Shown here piece after piece: positions 41,728-52,863 of a DNA stretch of 64,000 nt (positions are counted from its first letter, which is position 1; each line of letters begins with the position of its first letter). Both the position numbers and the translations under genes were made by a program. Under the pieces are notes generated by a model, which had not been told where the DNA came from, made no database searches, and saw nothing but the letters and a program-made list of their open reading frames with translations. Source of the stretch: Ignavibacteriota bacterium (GTDB lineage: Bacteria > Bacteroidota > Ignavibacteria > UBA10030); contig OY969585.1 in NCBI GenBank assembly GCA_963701295.1, positions 2,688,001 through 2,752,000 of the forward strand. The letters run 5' to 3'.

Positions 41728-43917
41728 TTAATGACGTGGACGAGAATGCCTATCGTCTCTACCTCCACGGCTATCTGTTTTCTTACGTTCACGTGAACGC
41801 TTCATTTCCTCATGAGCATTTTCTCCACCCGGCAATAATGCCTTATGACTCAGACTCATTTTTCCATCCGCATCAATATGCATTAACTTGACTTCAATCA
41901 CATCTCCAATTTTGATAAAGTTCTCAACTTTTTCGACACGTTGTACATCGAGTTGAGAAACATGAACTAAACCTTCTTTGCCTGGTAGAATTTCTACAAA
42001 TGCGCCGAAATCTGTGATTTTTTTAACTGTTGCTTTGTACACTTTATCTACTTCGGGTAATTCAGCAAGACCACGAATATACAGCATTGCTTTATCTGCA
42101 GATTCCTTTTCAACTGCTGCAACTGTTACTGTCCCATCATCTTCAACATTGATCTCTGCACCGCTGTCCTTGACGAGTTGACGAATATTCTTACCGCCTG
42201 GTCCAATGAGAGCACCAATCATATCAACAGGAATTTTGATGGTCTGAAGGCGAGGAGCGTATTGAGATAACTCTGCTCGCGCAGTAGGAAGAGTTTTTGC
42301 CATAATATCAAGAATATGCATTCGTCCGTCTCTCGCTTGTGCTAACGCATTTTCCAGGATCTGCAATGAAATCCCTTTAATCTTGATATCCATTTGAAAT
42401 GCTGTGATTCCCTTACTTGTTCCCGCAACCTTGAAATCCATATCACCCAGATGATCTTCGTTCCCGAGAATATCGCTCAGGATAGCTACTTGATTTGATT
42501 CTTTTACCAATCCCATCGCAATACCCGCAACTGGACGAGGCATCGGAACGCCTGCATCAAATAGTGCAAGCGTACCTGCGCATACAGTCGCCATTGATGA
42601 AGAACCATTCGATTCGAGGATATCAGAGACAATCCGAACGGTATAAGGGAAGTCCGTCTCTGCAGGGATCAACCGCTTCAATGAGCGTTCAGCAAGATTA
42701 CCATGGCCGATCTCACGTCTACCGGTCGAACCTACCCGTCCAACTTCTCCAACACTAAATGGCGGGAAATTGTAATGCAACATAAAGCGTTTTGTTGTTT
42801 CAGGTAAAAGACCTTCGAGAACTTGTTCGTCCATCTTCGTACCGAGTGTTGCCGATGTGAGACTTTGTGTTTCACCGCGAGTAAAAAGCGCCGAGCCATG
42901 TGTGCGCGGCAAGACGCCTACTTCGCAAGTAATCGGCCGAATATCTGTTAAACCACGTCCATCAAGGCGCTTGCCATCATTGAGAATGGTTGAGCGCATT
43001 GCATCGCGTTCAATATTATGCAGCAATTCATCGATGATGAGTTCTTTTTCCGTGTATTTCTCTGCTAAAGATGCTTTTACCTCGTCGCATACTTTGTGTG
43101 TAGCTTCCGATCGTTCTTCTTTCGTCATGACAGTATGGCTCAATTGTCTCAGCTTTGCTTCCGCAAGATTCTTCACGCTTTCGCTCAGATCAGTTGGAAT
43201 CTCAAATAAAACCATGTCTCGCTTCGGCTTATTGATCTCTTTTGCGAGGTTAATCTGAATATTGCACAGATTTTTGATTGCTTCATGTCCCACACGTAAC
43301 GCTTCAAGTAAGTCTGCTTCAGAAGACTCAGCAGATTCACCCTCGACCATAACGATCGAGTCAATCGTTCCGGCAACGGTAATATCCAAATCACTTTTTT
43401 CTAATTCTTTGAATGTTGGATTCAGAGTATATTTTCCGTTTACGCGTCCTACGCGTACTTCTGCAATGGGTCCGTCAAACGGAATATCCGACACCATCAA
43501 CGCAGCGGAGGCGGCGCATGCTCCGAGTACATCTCCATCATGCTCCATATCGGAAGAATAGACCGTTACAAGAACCTGAGTCTCATTCATATATCCCTTT
43601 GGGAACATCGGACGTATCGGTCGATCAATCAAACGGGAGGAAATTATTTCCTTTTCAGTTGGACGGCCTTCGCGTTTAAAAAAACCACCTGGTATTTTTC
43701 CAGCAGCAGCTGTTTTTTCTCTGTACTCAACTTGAAGCGGAAAGAAATCTTGACTTTCGTTCGCCTCATATTCGCTCACCACTGTTGCCAGGACCATCGT
43801 ATCACCATAGCGAACCATAACAGCGCCGTGTGCCTGTTTGGCAAATCTGCCTGTTTCGAGTGAAAATATTTTTCCGTTGAGTTCTATTTCCTTTGTAACC
43901 TTCATAGGTGCCTGCAT
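41728..43917 (-). CDS. pnp: polyribonucleotide nucleotidyltransferase
   Basis: Two RNase PH domains, ESNGSSS, GDMDFK, KH and S1 domains. Confidence 0.97.
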   Translation of the reverse strand: MQAPMKVTKEIELNGKIFSLETGRFAKQAHGAVMVRYGDTMVLATVVSEYEANESQDFFPLQVEYREKTAAAGKIPGGFFKREGRPTEKEIISSRLIDRPIRPMFPKGYMNETQVLVTVYSSDMEHDGDVLGACAASAALMVSDIPFDGPIAEVRVGRVNGKYTLNPTFKELEKSDLDITVAGTIDSIVMVEGESAESSEADLLEALRVGHEAIKNLCNIQINLAKEINKPKRDMVLFEIPTDLSESVKNLAEAKLRQLSHTVMTKEERSEATHKVCDEVKASLAEKYTEKELIIDELLHNIERDAMRSTILNDGKRLDGRGLTDIRPITCEVGVLPRTHGSALFTRGETQSLTSATLGTKMDEQVLEGLLPETTKRFMLHYNFPPFSVGEVGRVGSTGRREIGHGNLAERSLKRLIPAETDFPYTVRIVSDILESNGSSSMATVCAGTLALFDAGVPMPRPVAGIAMGLVKESNQVAILSDILGNEDHLGDMDFKVAGTSKGITAFQMDIKIKGISLQILENALAQARDGRMHILDIMAKTLPTARAELSQYAPRLQTIKIPVDMIGALIGPGGKNIRQLVKDSGAEINVEDDGTVTVAAVEKESADKAMLYIRGLAELPEVDKVYKATVKKITDFGAFVEILPGKEGLVHVSQLDVQRVEKVENFIKIGDVIEVKLMHIDADGKMSLSHKALLPGGENAHEEMKRSRERKKTDSRGGRDDRHSRPRH

Positions 43918-43971
43918 CTTTCTTTTTAAAAACTTCGTACAAACAAATGCTACTGAACTTGCCGCAGTAAT

Positions 43972-44241
43972 TTATTTTCGTATTTCAAGCTCTTGAATAA
44001 TCTTGCGATAACGGCCAATATCTTTCTTCGTTAAATAATCTAATAACCGACGTCTCTTGCCGACCATTTTCAACAATCCCAATCGCGCATGATGGTCTTT
44101 TTTCAATGCATCAAAATGTGGAGTAAGGCTATTGATGGTTGCTGTGAGTATAGCAATTTGTACTTCCGGCGTTCCCGTATCAGAAGGATTTTTGCCGTAT
44201 TTATGGATGAGTTCCTTTTTTTGTTCTGATGTAAGTGGCAT
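43972..44241 (-). CDS. rpsO: 30S ribosomal protein S15
   Basis: [21 protein letters not shown]. Confidence 0.97.
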   Translation of the reverse strand: MPLTSEQKKELIHKYGKNPSDTGTPEVQIAILTATINSLTPHFDALKKDHHARLGLLKMVGKRRRLLDYLTKKDIGRYRKIIQELEIRK

Positions 44242-44277
44242 TGTAGCTCCTTGTAAATATGATTGTCCAATAAATAA

Positions 44278-45225
44278 TTATGTTAAACTTTGATACTTAT
44301 ATTGCAATTCACGACTTACCTCTTCGTCATGATGCATTTGTTGAATAAGTTTGTCTACGGAGTCGAACTTCCATTCATCCCTTAATCGTTGTAAGAAGTC
44401 GATCCGAAGATCGAATCCATAAATACTCTGGCTGAAATCAAGAATATTTACTTCAAGAATACACTTTCCATCCGTATGAAACGTTGGACGTATACCAATG
44501 CTTGCCATCCCAAAGTATCTGTTTTCACGAACTCGAACCTGCACAAAGTAGATGCCATTCTTTGGCACGATTTTTTTTTGTGAAGCAAGTTCTACATTTG
44601 CAGTAGGATAACCAAGAGATCGTCCTCTCCGATCACCCGGAACGACTTTCCCAAACAACGCATAAGGTCGGCCTAAAAACCCAGCACCTACTTCTACAGA
44701 TCCATTCAGCAATTCATTTCGGATCATAGAGCTATTCACTGGAATACCGTTATGCTGAAACTGCTCAATATGTACGACCTCAAATTCATATTCTTTTCCA
44801 AGTTGTACAAGCGCTTCAATATTTCCTTCGCGATTTCTTCCCCAGTGATGATCATATCCTTCCACAATAACGCTGATACCTATTCCGCCAATAAGATATT
44901 TCACGTAAAAATCACGAAAACCTTGCTGCGAAAACACTTTGTTAAATTCAATCACAAAAAGCCAATCTGCCCCTAATTGGTCACATAACTCTTGTCGCTC
45001 CTGCAATGTTGTGAGGAGTTTCATATCCATGCTTGCCGTATCCAGTACTTCACGCGGATGCGGTTCGAAAGTCACAACAACACTTCGGCCCTGACGTCTC
45101 TTTGCAAGCTCTACAGCTTTCCCGATTATTTTTTGATGAGCAAGATGCACACCATCAAATGTTCCGACTGTTAAAATAGAATTTTTATCAAACGGAATAT
45201 CTTCAATGTGTCGAACAAGCTTCAT
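44278..45225 (-). CDS. ribF: riboflavin kinase/FAD synthetase
   Basis: GTFDGVH, TFEPHP, GYPTAN, RPT. Confidence 0.95.
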   Translation of the reverse strand: MKLVRHIEDIPFDKNSILTVGTFDGVHLAHQKIIGKAVELAKRRQGRSVVVTFEPHPREVLDTASMDMKLLTTLQERQELCDQLGADWLFVIEFNKVFSQQGFRDFYVKYLIGGIGISVIVEGYDHHWGRNREGNIEALVQLGKEYEFEVVHIEQFQHNGIPVNSSMIRNELLNGSVEVGAGFLGRPYALFGKVVPGDRRGRSLGYPTANVELASQKKIVPKNGIYFVQVRVRENRYFGMASIGIRPTFHTDGKCILEVNILDFSQSIYGFDLRIDFLQRLRDEWKFDSVDKLIQQMHHDEEVSRELQYKYQSLT

Positions 45226-45937
45226 GTGCTCTCTGCTCTTGCTTGAAGTGAGTATTCCGCCATTCGATTAATTGTTCAATTGTCTTTGCTTTTGCAAGGG
45301 TATATTCACCTATACGAGTCCGTCTCAAGGCAGTCAGTGCTGCACCACAGCCTAAACGAATGCCCAATTCATCAACCAAAGACCGAATATACGTACCTTT
45401 TGAACACACAATACAAAAATCTACATAAGGAGCATGAACTTTGAGAATTTCAAACTTAGCAATTTCTATCACGCGCTCGGTTCGCTCCACTGTCCTTCCG
45501 GAACGGGCATATTGATATAACGGTTTCCCACCATATTTTACCGCCGAATACATCGGCGGCATTTGTAATTGTTTGCCGAAAAAACTTTTAGCTACATTTT
45601 CAATTTGTTGTTCAGTTATTGCTGTAGAATCCTTAAATTCGCTCACCGCAGTTTCCATATCGAAACTCGGTGTTTTCACACCCATCTCACATATACCAAT
45701 ATATTCTTTTTCTAATCCTACAAATTGTTCGATATTTTTTGTTTTTTTTCCTGTGCAAACAATCATCAATCCGGTCGCTTGAGGATCAAGTGTCCCTGCA
45801 TGTCCAACTTTTCGCACATCGAAGAGTGCACGTACCTTCTTGACGACATCAAAGGATGTCCAATGCAAAGATTTATCGATGAAGAGAACTACACCTTCGC
45901 CTGAATAATCATAACTCTGTACATACGGTTCACTCAT
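45203..45937 (-). CDS. truB: tRNA pseudouridine-55 synthase
   Basis: GHAGTLDP, PPMYSA, KGTYIRSL. Confidence 0.95.
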   Translation of the reverse strand: MSEPYVQSYDYSGEGVVLFIDKSLHWTSFDVVKKVRALFDVRKVGHAGTLDPQATGLMIVCTGKKTKNIEQFVGLEKEYIGICEMGVKTPSFDMETAVSEFKDSTAITEQQIENVAKSFFGKQLQMPPMYSAVKYGGKPLYQYARSGRTVERTERVIEIAKFEILKVHAPYVDFCIVCSKGTYIRSLVDELGIRLGCGAALTALRRTRIGEYTLAKAKTIEQLIEWRNTHFKQEQRAHEACSTH

Positions 45938-46314
45938 GCATCTGCAGAATTGCTCTGCTCTTCTTTTTTTAATTCTTGTTCATGAATTTTACGAAAAATA
46001 TTTTCAAGTTTCAGTGCCTTTTCTACCGTTTCATCTAAGTAAAAGATGATCTCCGGCGTATAGCGTAATCGTACGGTATGACCAAGCATTGAACGTATGG
46101 AGGGTTTATGAGCTTCCAGCATAGCAAAACTTTTCTTTTTCCGTTCAGTATCACCATACACACTAATATACACTTTTGCGACTTTGAGATCGGGGCTCAT
46201 AATGACTTCTGTCACGGTTAAAAATCCATACTCCGACATGCTAAAGTTGCGTTGAAACAACACACTCAGCTCTTCCTTAATGAGTGACCCAACTTTCTGA
46301 GTTCGAACTGACAT
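45934..46314 (-). CDS. rbfA: ribosome-binding factor A
   Basis: SPDL..AKVY, LRYTPE..F..D. Confidence 0.94.
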   Translation of the reverse strand: MSVRTQKVGSLIKEELSVLFQRNFSMSEYGFLTVTEVIMSPDLKVAKVYISVYGDTERKKKSFAMLEAHKPSIRSMLGHTVRLRYTPEIIFYLDETVEKALKLENIFRKIHEQELKKEEQSNSADA

Positions 46315-46324
46315 GGTTTATCCT

Positions 46325-49012
46325 TTAATCCAATTTACGTTTTGTTTCAACGGTCTTATATGCTTCAATGACATCGCCATTCTTGATATCGTTGTAATTT
46401 TCAAGACCTATACCACATTCGAATCCTTGCTCTACCTCTCGCACATCTTCTTTAAACCGTTTAAGGGATGCTATCGTTCCATCAAATACTTCGATACCAT
46501 CACGCACCAGTCGTACATGATTATTGCGCATGATTTTGCCATCGCGGACATGGCAGCCAGCTATTGTTCCAATTCTTGATATCTTAAATACATCCCGAAC
46601 ATCTATGGTTGCAGTAACCTCTTCTGTTATTGTTGGAGCCAGCATGCCTTCAAGTGCATTCTTTACTTCGTTGATTGCATCATAGATGATACTATAAATT
46701 CGGATGTCAACATCTTCTTTTTGTGCCAATTGCCTTGCTTTAAGGTTGGGACGGACATGGAATCCAATAATCACCGCACTCGAAGCCATTGCAAGTAAGA
46801 CGTCCGATTCTGAAATACCGCCAACACCTTTGTAAATAACTTGCACTTTGACTTCATTGGTTGAAAGTTTCATCAATGAATCTGATAGAGCTTCGGCAGA
46901 ACCATCTACATCCGCTTTGACGATAACAGGCAGATCACGTACTTGGCCATTTTTGATATGTTGTGAAATATCATCAAGCGTAACACGTCGGCTTTGACGG
47001 AAATCTTGTTCTCGTTTCAATTGTTGTCGTGTGAGACTGATTTCTCGCGCCTGGCGCTCATCTTCAATACCGATCAAATCATCACCAGCCTGTGGAATAC
47101 CATCAAATCCAATGACTTGAACCGGCTGTGAAGGTGTTGCAGCTTCCACTCGTTGACCTCGTTCATTAAACATTGCACGAACGCGTCCACTCCAAACACC
47201 GCAGACAAACGAATCACCAATGCGCAGAGTCCCTTTTTGAACGAGAATGGTTGCGATAATTCCTTTTCCTTTGTCTAATTCTGCTTCGACGAGAGTTCCA
47301 CGTGCTTCCCGATTTGGATTTGCTCGGAAATTAAGCATCTCTGCTTCAAGTAAGATTTTTTCGAGAAGTAGATGTACATTCGTTCCCTTTTTTGCAGAAA
47401 GTTCTACTGCCTGATGTTTCCCGCCGTACTCTTCCACCAGTAATCCGCGTTCAGCTAATTGCTGCTTGATGCGCTCAGGATTGGAATCCGGTTTATCAAT
47501 TTTATTAATGGCGACAACGATTGGCACATTTGCTGCTTGTGCATGGCTGATGGCTTCTACTGTCTGAGGCATCACACTGTCATCCGCCGCAATCACAAGC
47601 ACGACGATGTCTGTCATCTGTGCACCTCTTGCTCGCATTGCTGTGAATGCCTCGTGACCTGGAGTATCGAGAAATGTGATTTGTTTTCCATTGCTTACAG
47701 TGACTTCGTAGGCACCGATGTGCTGAGTGATTCCGCCTGATTCACCGGCAACAACATTTGTATTTCGAATATTATCTAGTAAAGAAGTTTTTCCATGATC
47801 GACATGACCCATAATAGTGACAACCGGCGGTCGTGGGAGAAGCGACTTTTCATCATCTTCGATATCCGAAAGCGCCTCTGATGTAAATTCCTCTTCAAAA
47901 TCGACTAAGAATCCAAATTCATCCGAAACGAGAGTAATGGTGTCTTTATCTAAGCGCTGGTTGATAGAAACCATAATTCCAAGACCCATCACTTTCTGTA
48001 TCACCTCGGCAACAGAGACTCTCATCAGATTAGCGAGTTCACCAACGGTAACAAATTCTGTTGCCTTAATCCGCATCCGATCATGCTCAAGTTGATCAAG
48101 CTTTTTCTGCTCTTCTTCCTCTCTTTTTTCCTTTTTCTTTTTTCGAATAGCAGCGCGTGCAATTGCCAACTCGTCTCCGGAATCAGCCAGGGTTTCACGG
48201 ATAGCTTTGGCAACTTCATCCTCATTAACTTCAGCCCGACGAACACGTTTACGTTTTCGTGTTTTTAATTCTTCTTCATCTTCCGTTTTCGCCGGCGATG
48301 TTTTTGTTCTCTTGACTTCTTCTCGAACTTTTTTCTTTTTCTTTTTTCTTTTCTTTTCTTCTTCTAATTCAGGCTTTTGAACACTTTTTGCAGGTGTTAA
48401 ATCAATTTTACCTTTGATTGTTAGTCCGCGTTGCGGGCGGGCAAGAGCAGCCTCCAATGGAGATTGCATCGCTCGTTTTTTTGAGGGTAATTGTTTTTCT
48501 TTATTAACCTGTTCCTCTACCGATTTCTCAAGTTTCCCGTGCTTTTCTTTTTCAAGAACAATGAGTTCAGGTTGAGCTTGCACCTCTGCTGTTTCCTGAA
48601 AAACGGATTCGTCGGTTTGTCCTTTTTCTTTTTTCTCTTCTTGTAAACGTGGAATCTCTTCAATCGATATTACTTCTGTTTCTTCTATCGATGGTTTTTC
48701 TTCATCAATAACTGGTAGGAGTACCTCATCTTTCGTAGGAGATTTAGTCTCTACTTTCTCTGTTTTTTCAGGAGATTCTTTTTTTCGAGTCGATCGGAAT
48801 TCTTGCAATTTACGTTGATGCCGATCTGCTACTTCCTTATCTTTCTTAAAATGTCCCATGATGACCGGCATCATCTCGTCAGTCACAATAGACATATGGG
48901 ATTTTATATCAAAGTCCTTCTTTCTCAGAAAGTCAATGATCGTCTCGCTTGATAAATTCAACTCTTTCGCGAGATTAAAGACCTTAATTTTTTTAGATCC
49001 TTGTTCGGACAT
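46325..49012 (-). CDS. infB: translation initiation factor IF-2
   Basis: [17 protein letters not shown]. Confidence 0.97.
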   Translation of the reverse strand: MSEQGSKKIKVFNLAKELNLSSETIIDFLRKKDFDIKSHMSIVTDEMMPVIMGHFKKDKEVADRHQRKLQEFRSTRKKESPEKTEKVETKSPTKDEVLLPVIDEEKPSIEETEVISIEEIPRLQEEKKEKGQTDESVFQETAEVQAQPELIVLEKEKHGKLEKSVEEQVNKEKQLPSKKRAMQSPLEAALARPQRGLTIKGKIDLTPAKSVQKPELEEEKKRKKKKKKVREEVKRTKTSPAKTEDEEELKTRKRKRVRRAEVNEDEVAKAIRETLADSGDELAIARAAIRKKKKEKREEEEQKKLDQLEHDRMRIKATEFVTVGELANLMRVSVAEVIQKVMGLGIMVSINQRLDKDTITLVSDEFGFLVDFEEEFTSEALSDIEDDEKSLLPRPPVVTIMGHVDHGKTSLLDNIRNTNVVAGESGGITQHIGAYEVTVSNGKQITFLDTPGHEAFTAMRARGAQMTDIVVLVIAADDSVMPQTVEAISHAQAANVPIVVAINKIDKPDSNPERIKQQLAERGLLVEEYGGKHQAVELSAKKGTNVHLLLEKILLEAEMLNFRANPNREARGTLVEAELDKGKGIIATILVQKGTLRIGDSFVCGVWSGRVRAMFNERGQRVEAATPSQPVQVIGFDGIPQAGDDLIGIEDERQAREISLTRQQLKREQDFRQSRRVTLDDISQHIKNGQVRDLPVIVKADVDGSAEALSDSLMKLSTNEVKVQVIYKGVGGISESDVLLAMASSAVIIGFHVRPNLKARQLAQKEDVDIRIYSIIYDAINEVKNALEGMLAPTITEEVTATIDVRDVFKISRIGTIAGCHVRDGKIMRNNHVRLVRDGIEVFDGTIASLKRFKEDVREVEQGFECGIGLENYNDIKNGDVIEAYKTVETKRKLD

Positions 49013-49051
49013 TCTTATCTTCTCTCATTGTCCACGACAATATACCAATCG

Positions 49052-50473
49052 TTAATCACTTTCTGGCTTTACTTCTTCTGCTTTCTCAGGCAGCACTTCT
49101 TCTGTTTTCTCAGTCAGTGTTTCTTCTACCGTCTTCAACTTTGAAGAGGTTTCAATGGTATCTGTGCTTTCAGATTTTCCCGATCCTTCAAGCTCAGCTA
49201 ACAATTCATCCACTTCTTCTTCGTTTTCTACTTCTGCTTCTTCAAAACCTTTCTTCAACATAGCAAGGATCTCTTCGACTTTATTCTGCTCAATACCAAG
49301 CGTACTAACGAGTTCTTCTTTTGAAGTCTTAAGGATGTCACGCACTGATTTGAAATTCTCATCGAAGAATTTATGAAAGAGAACATCCCCAAGTTCTTCG
49401 CGGAATTCTGAAAGATCCATGTCATACTCTTCCTCTTCACCACCCTCTTTCTGAACAATTAACTCAAATCCGGTCAACTTGGAAGCCAAGCGAACATTCT
49501 GCCCACCCTTCCCGATTGCGAGCGACACTTGATCGTTCGCTACAAGAATAGTTGCCTTCTTATTTTCTAAATCCATTTGAATTTCTTTAAGCTTTGCCGG
49601 CGATAATGCACGCTGGATGAAGACCATGTGGTCCTCGGAAAAATTGATAACGTCGATATTCTCATTATTCAATTCGCGAACAATGGCATGAATACGTACG
49701 CCCTTCATTCCGACACATGCGCCCACAGCATCGATTCGTTCATCGTGTGAAAGCACTGCTACTTTTGCCCGATCTCCCGGTTCACGCGCAATCCGTTTGA
49801 TTTCAATGATGCCATCATATACTTCCGGAATTTCGATTTCAAACAAGCGCATGAGGAATCCTGGATCTGTTCGCGAAATGATGACCGTCGGATTCCCTGC
49901 TCCTTTGCGAACTTCTTTTACAATAGCTCGGATCGTGTCGCCTTTTTTGTAGCGCTCTTTGTAAATTTGTTCAGTTCTGGGAAGAAGCAATTCGTTTTTA
50001 TTATGTATCACAAGAATTTCGCCTTTTCCTTTTCGGATCTGATAAATCTCACCGACGACGATCTCGCCTATTGAATTAGTGTATTCGTTGAAAATTGCAT
50101 CGCGTTCAATTTCTTTAATTCGTTGATTTAAATTCTGTTTCGCACTTATCACAAGGCGTCTGCCAAAATCTATAAGCGGAACGATTTCAACAAACTCTTC
50201 GCCGGCCGTTAAATCGTCACCGGATTTCTTGCGGGCTTCTGCAACAGATATTTGTGTAGAAGGATCTTCTACTATATTCACGACTTCTTTTTCGATATAA
50301 ATTTCAATATCACCTTTATCCATATTGACGACAACATCATGTTTCGTGTTGGGCCCATATTTTTTCTTTACCATCATACCAAAAATATCTTCTACAATGC
50401 CGATGAGAATATCTTTGTCGATCCCTTTTTCTCGGACCATTTGAGCGAATGATTCAACAATCTCGTGATTCAT
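49052..50473 (-). CDS. nusA: transcription factor NusA
   Basis: AREPG.R.K, ACVGMKG, AIGKGGQN; acidic tail. Confidence 0.96.
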   Translation of the reverse strand: MNHEIVESFAQMVREKGIDKDILIGIVEDIFGMMVKKKYGPNTKHDVVVNMDKGDIEIYIEKEVVNIVEDPSTQISVAEARKKSGDDLTAGEEFVEIVPLIDFGRRLVISAKQNLNQRIKEIERDAIFNEYTNSIGEIVVGEIYQIRKGKGEILVIHNKNELLLPRTEQIYKERYKKGDTIRAIVKEVRKGAGNPTVIISRTDPGFLMRLFEIEIPEVYDGIIEIKRIAREPGDRAKVAVLSHDERIDAVGACVGMKGVRIHAIVRELNNENIDVINFSEDHMVFIQRALSPAKLKEIQMDLENKKATILVANDQVSLAIGKGGQNVRLASKLTGFELIVQKEGGEEEEYDMDLSEFREELGDVLFHKFFDENFKSVRDILKTSKEELVSTLGIEQNKVEEILAMLKKGFEEAEVENEEEVDELLAELEGSGKSESTDTIETSSKLKTVEETLTEKTEEVLPEKAEEVKPESD

Positions 50474-50508
50474 CTTACCTCCATGCTACAGAGCTTTCAT
50501 CCTGTTAG

Positions 50509-50964
50509 TTACCAGGGAAGCTCCTCTATTGATTCAATAATCTCATTGAATAGAATTGTATAGTTTTCGTTTTTACCGTTGACAAATGTCAAAAGTTCGT
50601 TTTCCACTCCGGTAAGTTTTGCAAGAATCTCTCCAACTCCATCATCTTTTCTAAAACGTACTCGAAATTGCCGACCGACATTTTTTCGATATTGCCTTAT
50701 TAATTTGAGCGGTTTTATTAATCCAGGTGAAGATACTTCCAAAATATATGAACTCGGAAAAACATTCTGAAGTTCGAGAGCATCACTTAATTGGCGACTT
50801 AATTCTGAGCATTGTCCTATGGTGATGCCTGTATCGGTATCTATGTACAGTTGCACGACTTTTCCCTTTTCACTCGGCACAATTTGAATATCGACGATGA
50901 ACGCATCAATCAGATGAAGGAGGGGTGCCGACAATTCTTCGATTTTGTGCTGTAAATCCATCAA
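50509..50964 (-). CDS. rimP: ribosome maturation factor RimP
   Basis: ID...G....C..LSR, Y.LEVSSPG. Confidence 0.93.
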   Translation of the reverse strand: MMDLQHKIEELSAPLLHLIDAFIVDIQIVPSEKGKVVQLYIDTDTGITIGQCSELSRQLSDALELQNVFPSSYILEVSSPGLIKPLKLIRQYRKNVGRQFRVRFRKDDGVGEILAKLTGVENELLTFVNGKNENYTILFNEIIESIEELPW

Positions 50965-50975
50965 TTCTCAAGTTC

Positions 50976-51005
50976 AAAAAAAATAGCCCGTTTACATCGG
51001 GCTAT
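50976..51005 (-). terminator. terminator hairpin in the rimP-nusA leader (attenuator)
   Basis: ATAGCCCG/CGGGCTAT stem + T-tract, downstream of TTGCTT-N17-TATATT promoter (51022-51050). Confidence 0.65.
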
Positions 51006-51088
51006 CAACATCCACTAATACAATATACATAATGCCTTTTGAAGAAGCAAGAAAATTTCCTATTGCGAAAGAATATCGGCAAAACAAT

Positions 51089-51817
51089 CTAAAAATTCGT
51101 TGTCATCACGCGTTTCAGATAAAAATCTGCAATGATGGTAGCTGCTTCAACTGGGTCATCCGTAACGTGAAAGAGACTCAGATCGTCCGGAGAAATCATT
51201 TTCTCGTTTACAAGAACCGATTTAATCCAATCAACAAGTACCTTCCAGTAATCTGATCCCATAGGTACAATGGGAAACGGGTCTGTTTTTTTCGTTTGTA
51301 CAAGAGTAATTGCTTCAAACAGTTCATCGAGTGTGCCAAATCCTCCAGGCATCACGATAAAACCATGGGCATATTTCACAAACATAACTTTTCTAACAAA
51401 AAAGTGTCTGAAAGTCTGAAGCCGACCTTTATCAATAAACTTGTTCGAGCATTCTTCGTGCGGTAATTCTATAGCGACACCAACCGATGCTCCCTTTTGC
51501 TCCTGTGCGCCTTTATTTGCAGCTTCCATAATTCCTGGACCACCACCTGTGAGAACATTAAATCCTCGTTTCACTAATTCTTTTGATACTTGTACCGCAA
51601 GCTGATAATATGGATGGTCAGATTTTAATCGGGCGGAACCAAATACAGAAACAAGATTCTTCTGTCTTGACATCATCGAGAAGCCTTCGACAAATTCTGC
51701 CATAACGCGAAAAACACGCCACACGTCTTCTTGTGCTGAGAGAAGCCCTCTGAGCTGTTGATCTTGGCGTACATCATACTCTGTTCGTTGTAGATGATTG
51801 TTTATATTGTTCTCCAT
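51089..51817 (-). CDS. LOG family (TIGR00730) protein, second paralog
   Basis: FGSAR, GGGPGIMEAAN, FFVRK, PGGFGTLDE. Confidence 0.92.
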   Translation of the reverse strand: MENNINNHLQRTEYDVRQDQQLRGLLSAQEDVWRVFRVMAEFVEGFSMMSRQKNLVSVFGSARLKSDHPYYQLAVQVSKELVKRGFNVLTGGGPGIMEAANKGAQEQKGASVGVAIELPHEECSNKFIDKGRLQTFRHFFVRKVMFVKYAHGFIVMPGGFGTLDELFEAITLVQTKKTDPFPIVPMGSDYWKVLVDWIKSVLVNEKMISPDDLSLFHVTDDPVEAATIIADFYLKRVMTTNF

Positions 51818-51825
51818 AAAGGCTC

Positions 51826-52863
51826 CTATCTTGTACCAAGAACTGACCTAATAATATCTGCTGCATTATTTATCTGTTCCATACTCACATCAAGATGTGT
51901 TACAGCACGGAGAGTTGAAAAGCCCATTTCTGAAAGCAGTACGCCCTTTGTTTTCAACTGAGCTAAAATATCTCCAGAACTCTCCTTTCTTTCTCTTATA
52001 TCGATTACAACAATATTTGTCTGGACATATTCTTGGTTAATATAAATCCTGTTAACTCTTTGAAGTCGTTCTGCCAACAGCTTCGCTTTTTTGTGATCTT
52101 CCTTAAGTCGTTCTACATTATGGTCAAGAGCGAACAACGCACCAGCAGCAAGAATTCCAGCTTGACGCATACCGCCGCCAAATATTTTTCTGTACTTACG
52201 TGCCTTCTCGATTTTTTTCCGTGTACCTGCAAGAGCAGAACCGACAGGAGCTCCTAATCCTTTTGAAAAACAGACTGAGACCGTATCGAAAAATCGGGCG
52301 TATTCTTTCGGCATAATACCGCTTGCGACAGATGCATTCCAAAGACGTGCGCCGTCTAAATGAAGTGCAATACTTCGATTTCTTGCCAACTCAGAAATAT
52401 TTTTAATCTCTTCAAGTGGATAGACCGTTCCACCTGCTTTGTTATGGGTATTTTCGAGACACACGAGAGATGTTTTTGGATTGTAATAAATCGAGGATCG
52501 GATTGATTGAGAAATTTGTTCAGCATTGAGGATTCCATAGTTTCCTCTTACAGTTTGCAACTGGACGTTGGAAAGAAAAGCAGCTCCAGCCGTTTCATAA
52601 TTAAAAATATGCGAATCGCTTTCTACAATGACTTCATCGCCGGGTTGAGTGTGTGTTTTGATGGCAAGCTGGTTAGCCATAACACCTGACGGAACAAAAA
52701 GTGCAGCTTCTTTCCCAAGCATATCTGCGGTTTTATCCTGAAGAAGATTCACCGTCGGATCTTCGCCATATACATCATCGCCTACTTCTGCGGCAGCCAT
52801 CAATTCTCGCATTTCATGCGAAGGTTTTGTTACAGTATCGCTTCGGAGATCAATCCAATTCAT
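51826..52863 (-). CDS. ltaE: low-specificity L-threonine aldolase
   Basis: [28 protein letters not shown]. Confidence 0.94.
   Translation of the reverse strand: MNWIDLRSDTVTKPSHEMRELMAAAEVGDDVYGEDPTVNLLQDKTADMLGKEAALFVPSGVMANQLAIKTHTQPGDEVIVESDSHIFNYETAGAAFLSNVQLQTVRGNYGILNAEQISQSIRSSIYYNPKTSLVCLENTHNKAGGTVYPLEEIKNISELARNRSIALHLDGARLWNASVASGIMPKEYARFFDTVSVCFSKGLGAPVGSALAGTRKKIEKARKYRKIFGGGMRQAGILAAGALFALDHNVERLKEDHKKAKLLAERLQRVNRIYINQEYVQTNIVVIDIRERKESSGDILAQLKTKGVLLSEMGFSTLRAVTHLDVSMEQINNAADIIRSVLGTR

Noticed and set aside
48100-48850. Low-complexity T/C-rich repeats
   Set aside because: Encode the Lys/Glu-rich N-terminal region of IF-2
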